Assembly: GCA_965230415.1 (NCBI GenBank)
Contig: CBDDKZ010000003.1
Coordinates: 125,554-189,553 of the forward strand
Length of the DNA stretch: 64,000 bases
Source: Cytophagales bacterium
Lineage (GTDB): Bacteria > Bacteroidota > Bacteroidia > Cytophagales > JAAEPT01
Direction: 5' to 3'
The position numbers and the translations under genes are program-made. The notes below the pieces were generated by a model. That model had not been told where the DNA came from, did no database searches, and was given only the letters and a program-made list of their open reading frames with translations. This document shows positions 59,980-64,000 of this stretch, piece by piece (position 1 is the first letter of the stretch; each line of letters begins with the position of its first letter).

Positions 59980-62256
59980 ATGAAAATTTATATAAGAAGA
60001 ATCATTTTTATAGTTCAATTATTATTTGTTCAGCTAGTCATAAATGCGCAATATGTGGAAATTCCGGACTCTGCATTTGAACATAGACTCATCTCCGAAG
60101 GCATTGATACAGAGCATAATTTTGATCATCAAATTTTGATGACAGATGCACGGCGCGTGGGGTATTTGAATGCCTCTGCAGCCGGTATTCAGAGTCTTAG
60201 TGGTATTCAATACTTCACTCATTTGGAAGAATTGTATTGTAATGAGAATGAATTGACAAAATTAGACCTGGATAGCCTCCGGAATTTACGCATTCTTAAT
60301 TGCGATGATAATCAAATCGATTCCCTTGATCTTTCAAATAATAGTGAATTAGAAGTGCTTTATTGTCGTAATAATATGCTGGAATACCTGAATTTGAATA
60401 ATGGCAACAATACCTTGGAAACAGGGGCATACGTAACACATTCAATTGACGGTTTTGTGTATGAATTTAATTCACAAACACCTGTGGCAAATGCTACTGT
60501 TACGATCAATGGCAATATAACCAGGACTAATAGCCAGGGCTTTTATCAGTTTCATAATATAAGCGTTTCGCAAGAGGCTACGGGCGTTATTGTAAGAAAA
60601 GAAGGTTTTTTCAAAGGGGTATACGGCTACATACCAACGGTGGGGACTCAACATCGTGCAGATATCTCGTTATTACGCAAAAATGAAGGTTTTTGTACAA
60701 CTATAAATGCGGCAAACGGTGGTAGTGTTGATGTAGGCAGAGGGCAATTAATTTTTCCTCCTAATAGTGTTCAAACATATGATGGTACATTATATGATGG
60801 GGATATGATGGTTTGCGCTCGCTTTGATTTGGATAATGCAGGGAATACCGTGCTTAACGAGCCTGGTGATTTGCCAGTTCCTGTGGCGGGAGGTGCTTCA
60901 TGTTCCAATTCATCTACTGGAGTTGTATTTTCTTGTGATAATGGATTCATAATGAGCCTTGATTTAAGGACTTCAAGTGGGCAAGAGCTAATTAGTAATC
61001 CGGATGAAGAAATTAGTTTATCAATAGATGTGCCACCATGTGGTGCGGGTGAAAATCCTGATGTTGCTACCATGTCGTTTAATGAACTGCTAGGGAAATG
61101 GGAGGTATTAGACTATCAAAGTGGAAGTGCCGGACCTTTTGTTGTTCCCATCGGGGACCCCACACAGGCAGTTTGGCAAATAGGTGAATTCGATAAACAC
61201 TGTATCGGGCGCTTGGCAGGAAAGGTGAAAGATGCACATGGGAATTCGCTGAGTGCACTTCAGGTTTGTTTAAACGATCACTCTTCTTGCGCCTATACAA
61301 ATAGTTTCGGTTCATTTACGTTGCCTTACCCATCGAGTGTTCCTTTAACGCTATCGGTGCGCAATTCTTTTTATTGTTATGATCAGCTCTATTTTGATGA
61401 ATTGGGCTCGTTTCCTCCCGATGACAATCTCTTACTTCAAGATGTCGTGCTGGACGATTCGTTAAACACCATAAAGATCAAAGGGGATGTGATTTGTGAG
61501 ACAGCGCCCGCAAGCCAGGCTTTAATACAGGTGGAACTTCATGATGAAATGTACGAGGATGTATATTCGGTTTTCAATGGATTTACAGATTTAAATGGGC
61601 AGTTTTCGTTTAATATTATAGCCTGTGAGCATCAGGCAGAAGATTATAATATAACAGCGATAGATCCTTTAAGTGGCAGGCAGAGTTTCCCTGTTCAAGC
61701 TAGTTTACAGAGCGATAGTTTGGTTTCGATACCAGCTATTGATGCCTGCGAAAGAAATAGGGAGTCTTATTTCTTAGTGTTTGATCTTCATGATGAAACA
61801 ATATACCTTCCCATTGTGTCCGATGAGATACCGCTTGGGGGAGGAGCTAATTATGGACCTGTTACATTTGGACACGAAATAGCCGCAAGGGCTGGAAGCG
61901 ATGAATTTAGTTTAATATCGGTCATGAATGCGAGCGATTTTCAGACAAATACATTGGTCGTTTCCGGAATAAGTGAAAACGGTATATTTTTAACGGGGAA
62001 TATTCGAGGGATAACATTTAGTCCGGACATTGTTGATAACAATTATGTGCCTAATGCAACGTCACGTTTCAATTGGAGTCGATTTACCATCCCTCAATAT
62101 GATATCGAGTATTGTGAATCCGGAAAGTCCTACCCTCTGGACGTAAAAGCTACTTTTACAATAGAAGCGACAGATATTAATGGCAATGTTCATCAGTTTA
62201 CGAATGGGAAGGTGTCGATTATATATGACTACTCCGCTTATTTGCATTGCTATTAA
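59980..62256 (+). CDS. Large secreted protein with N-terminal leucine-rich repeats and carboxypeptidase-regulatory-like beta-sandwich domain(s)
   Basis: Best signal peptide from ATG 59980 (MKIYIRRIIFIVQLLFVQLVINAQ). LRR units are present (LEELYCNENELTKLDLDSLRNLRILNCDDNQIDSLDLSNNSELEVLYCRNN). VTINGNITRTNSQGFYQFHNI resembles CarboxypepD_reg. I see no T9SS tail at the C-terminus. Confidence 0.65.
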   Translation: MKIYIRRIIFIVQLLFVQLVINAQYVEIPDSAFEHRLISEGIDTEHNFDHQILMTDARRVGYLNASAAGIQSLSGIQYFTHLEELYCNENELTKLDLDSLRNLRILNCDDNQIDSLDLSNNSELEVLYCRNNMLEYLNLNNGNNTLETGAYVTHSIDGFVYEFNSQTPVANATVTINGNITRTNSQGFYQFHNISVSQEATGVIVRKEGFFKGVYGYIPTVGTQHRADISLLRKNEGFCTTINAANGGSVDVGRGQLIFPPNSVQTYDGTLYDGDMMVCARFDLDNAGNTVLNEPGDLPVPVAGGASCSNSSTGVVFSCDNGFIMSLDLRTSSGQELISNPDEEISLSIDVPPCGAGENPDVATMSFNELLGKWEVLDYQSGSAGPFVVPIGDPTQAVWQIGEFDKHCIGRLAGKVKDAHGNSLSALQVCLNDHSSCAYTNSFGSFTLPYPSSVPLTLSVRNSFYCYDQLYFDELGSFPPDDNLLLQDVVLDDSLNTIKIKGDVICETAPASQALIQVELHDEMYEDVYSVFNGFTDLNGQFSFNIIACEHQAEDYNITAIDPLSGRQSFPVQASLQSDSLVSIPAIDACERNRESYFLVFDLHDETIYLPIVSDEIPLGGGANYGPVTFGHEIAARAGSDEFSLISVMNASDFQTNTLVVSGISENGIFLTGNIRGITFSPDIVDNNYVPNATSRFNWSRFTIPQYDIEYCESGKSYPLDVKATFTIEATDINGNVHQFTNGKVSIIYDYSAYLHCY

Positions 62257-62364
62257 AGGGAAGTAATAAGTTGTGAAGCTACTGGTAATAAAGTCCGGAT
62301 TCTGCTTGTTAGCTTTAACAAGGAGAATAGGTGTTTGTACAATTTTTGTGAGTAGTACACGGCT

Positions 62365-63060
62365 TTAGTTTTTTCGCTTTTGAGATATCACAGCAAAACC
62401 AATGTGGGTATTTCCGGTGATCTTGTCGATATACAGCTTTCGATCTTTGGAGGTGCCATGGCAGGTATGTTCACTACAATACAAAGAGCCTCCTGCCAAA
62501 CGAATAGAATCACCTTTATTGGTGTTCGTTATGTCCCAAACATTTCCAAGGATATTTACGCTATCCACAACTGATATTGGAGCATTGTTATTGGTGATTA
62601 CCTCACGTTTATCTTTCTTTATAAGCTGCCAGTACTCTTCGTAGTTTGGTAGTCGTGAATTTGACCACCTACAGTAGGCTAAGGCATCGTTGTAACTTAC
62701 TTGCGTAACTGGAGACTGTGGTGTAGGGGTGTTTGCACCGTCAGGTTTTTGCCAGGTAGCACCTTTGACTGCATTAAAGCGGTACACGTCCAGCTGCACA
62801 AAAGACCAACCATATTTTTCTGCATCGGTAATGTAATTGGTGGCCTTAACAAACGCTTTGAATTGGGCATGGCTCACGGGTTGGAGCTTTGGTTTGGTAT
62901 TTATGCAAGATGTCAATAATAACAAAAGGCCGGTGAGTGAAAATAATAAGGGCTGTACGAATAAAGCAGGCTTTTCCCAAGGCAAAGTAAATGTGTGGCC
63001 GCGCTTTAATCGGCTATTTAGTTTTTTTATTAACTGCATACAAAGGCCACACATTAGCAA
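62365..63060 (-). CDS. Formylglycine-generating-enzyme (SUMF1/FGE-sulfatase) domain lipoprotein, short form
   Basis: Lipobox LLLLTSC. Blocks FKAFVKATNYITDAEKYGWSF, WQKPDG, PVTQVSYNDALAYCRW, RLPNYEEY, GNVWDIT and NTHIGFAV. The exact start is uncertain. Confidence 0.68.
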   Translation of the reverse strand: MLMCGLCMQLIKKLNSRLKRGHTFTLPWEKPALFVQPLLFSLTGLLLLLTSCINTKPKLQPVSHAQFKAFVKATNYITDAEKYGWSFVQLDVYRFNAVKGATWQKPDGANTPTPQSPVTQVSYNDALAYCRWSNSRLPNYEEYWQLIKKDKREVITNNNAPISVVDSVNILGNVWDITNTNKGDSIRLAGGSLYCSEHTCHGTSKDRKLYIDKITGNTHIGFAVISQKRKN

Positions 63061-63107
63061 TTCATTTGGTAAAGTTTAGAATAGAGGCTCAACTCAAAAT
63101 AGAAAGT

Positions 63108-64000
63108 CTATTGACCTATAATCATTTTTCGCTGGTAACGTTCCCCGTTCTTAAAAAGTTGAATTAAGTAAGTGCCGGTTTCGTAGTTTGTAATATCAAT
63201 TGCCTTGGATGTATCAGGAATAAAGTCGTGCATTTCACCCGAGCTTAGGTTAAATAGTATAATGCGTTCAATATTTTTATCGTTGATAAAGAATTCAAAT
63301 GCAGCAGGATTTGGGAAAATGAAAGGTTCCGGCGATGTAACGGTTGATTTTCCGTTTATGACATCGGGAATCAATATTAAGCGATCAAAGGTAAGATTGA
63401 ATTTATCGCTGGCATCGTTCTTACCACTTGGGTCTACACGCAAAGTATTGATGCCAGCTTGAAGTTCAACAAAACCGATAGTATCCGTTTCAAACTGGGC
63501 AGGAGCAACATCGACATACTGGTCGATAGTGTCTCCGACAGCTTCATTATTTATAAAAGTCTGAAAGGAGCCTCTGGAACTGAATGCTCTATGCTGAATT
63601 AATAATTGGTACCTGTCGGCAGATTCCACCTCAAATTCAAACTCACAGTGTCCATTCGGCTTATTGAGGTCTAGTTTTAGAAATTCGCCATCACTTGCTC
63701 CATTGGCTTCTACACGTTTAATGTCTCCATCAAATACAGCAGATGAAATTCTCATGTTTTCAAATTCGGTCTGAGAGAAAGTCATTGCGTTACGCGAATA
63801 GCTCATGTTCACTTTGTCAAAACGTATGACATGGCCACTACTGCCGTTGTTTTTTCCTGTTACTGCGAACTGTAGTTCGGCCATGTGTGCATCCATATAG
63901 ACATGTTGAATGAAAATCTTGCATTTTTGATAGTCAAAATCAAAGGCGTCTATTGATTCAACCAGTACTTCGTTATTCAGGCTAAGCATGTATTGACCGC
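63108..64000 (-). CDS. Secreted protein with CBM-like beta-sandwich and T9SS type-A C-terminal sorting domain; 5' end possibly outside the window
   Basis: The frame stays open upstream of the listed ATG 63989 to the window edge. A CBM-like segment is present (GEFLKLD...YQLLIQHRAF...GINTLRV). The C-terminal tail FIFPNPAAFEFFI...IILFNLSSGEM...TGTYLIQL fits the Por secretion tail. Confidence 0.68.
   Translation of the reverse strand, partial: GQYMLSLNNEVLVESIDAFDFDYQKCKIFIQHVYMDAHMAELQFAVTGKNNGSSGHVIRFDKVNMSYSRNAMTFSQTEFENMRISSAVFDGDIKRVEANGASDGEFLKLDLNKPNGHCEFEFEVESADRYQLLIQHRAFSSRGSFQTFINNEAVGDTIDQYVDVAPAQFETDTIGFVELQAGINTLRVDPSGKNDASDKFNLTFDRLILIPDVINGKSTVTSPEPFIFPNPAAFEFFINDKNIERIILFNLSSGEMHDFIPDTSKAIDITNYETGTYLIQLFKNGERYQRKMIIGQ

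Overview
This window reads as an ordinary, mostly housekeeping chromosomal stretch of a Bacteroidota genome. The lineage call rests on several signals: T9SS C-terminal sorting domains, a PorX-like PglZ protein, TTTG/TAnnTTTG-type promoters, a Bacteroides-type acyl-ornithine transcarbamylase, a histone-H1-like micro-protein, and few Shine-Dalgarno sites. It looks AT-rich by eye; I did not compute GC content.

I can support about 55 protein genes, one tRNA-Glu(UUC), several rho-independent terminators and a few promoters.

- Core genes: tsaE, valS, meaB-aguB-aguA, thyA, gpsA, maf, accC, purL, acs, cca, tsaC, ligA, dapA, hemE and gap.
- An 11-kb arginine/proline biosynthesis cluster: GNAT-argG-argC-proB-proA-argD-argF'-argB, then a TPR gene, then argE-argH.

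I found no CRISPR array, transposase, integrase, reverse transcriptase, toxin-antitoxin pair, phage genes or recognisable defence system. I cannot point to a clear-cut novel system.

The candidates most worth a second look are:

1. A stand-alone CHASE2 membrane sensor with no output domain, operonic with a secreted FecR-like protein.
2. A 23-codon Arg-codon-bearing leader ORF and hairpin in front of the arg cluster, plus an argF' with Gln at the acyl-specificity position.
3. Tandem paralogous GH26-like lipoproteins with a non-canonical catalytic motif.
4. A roughly 670-bp gene-free, hairpin-rich tract 3' of tRNA-Glu.
5. A membrane-AraC / beta-barrel / S41-peptidase module.
6. A T9SS-cargo islet at the right edge.

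All family calls come from motifs read by eye. No searches were run.
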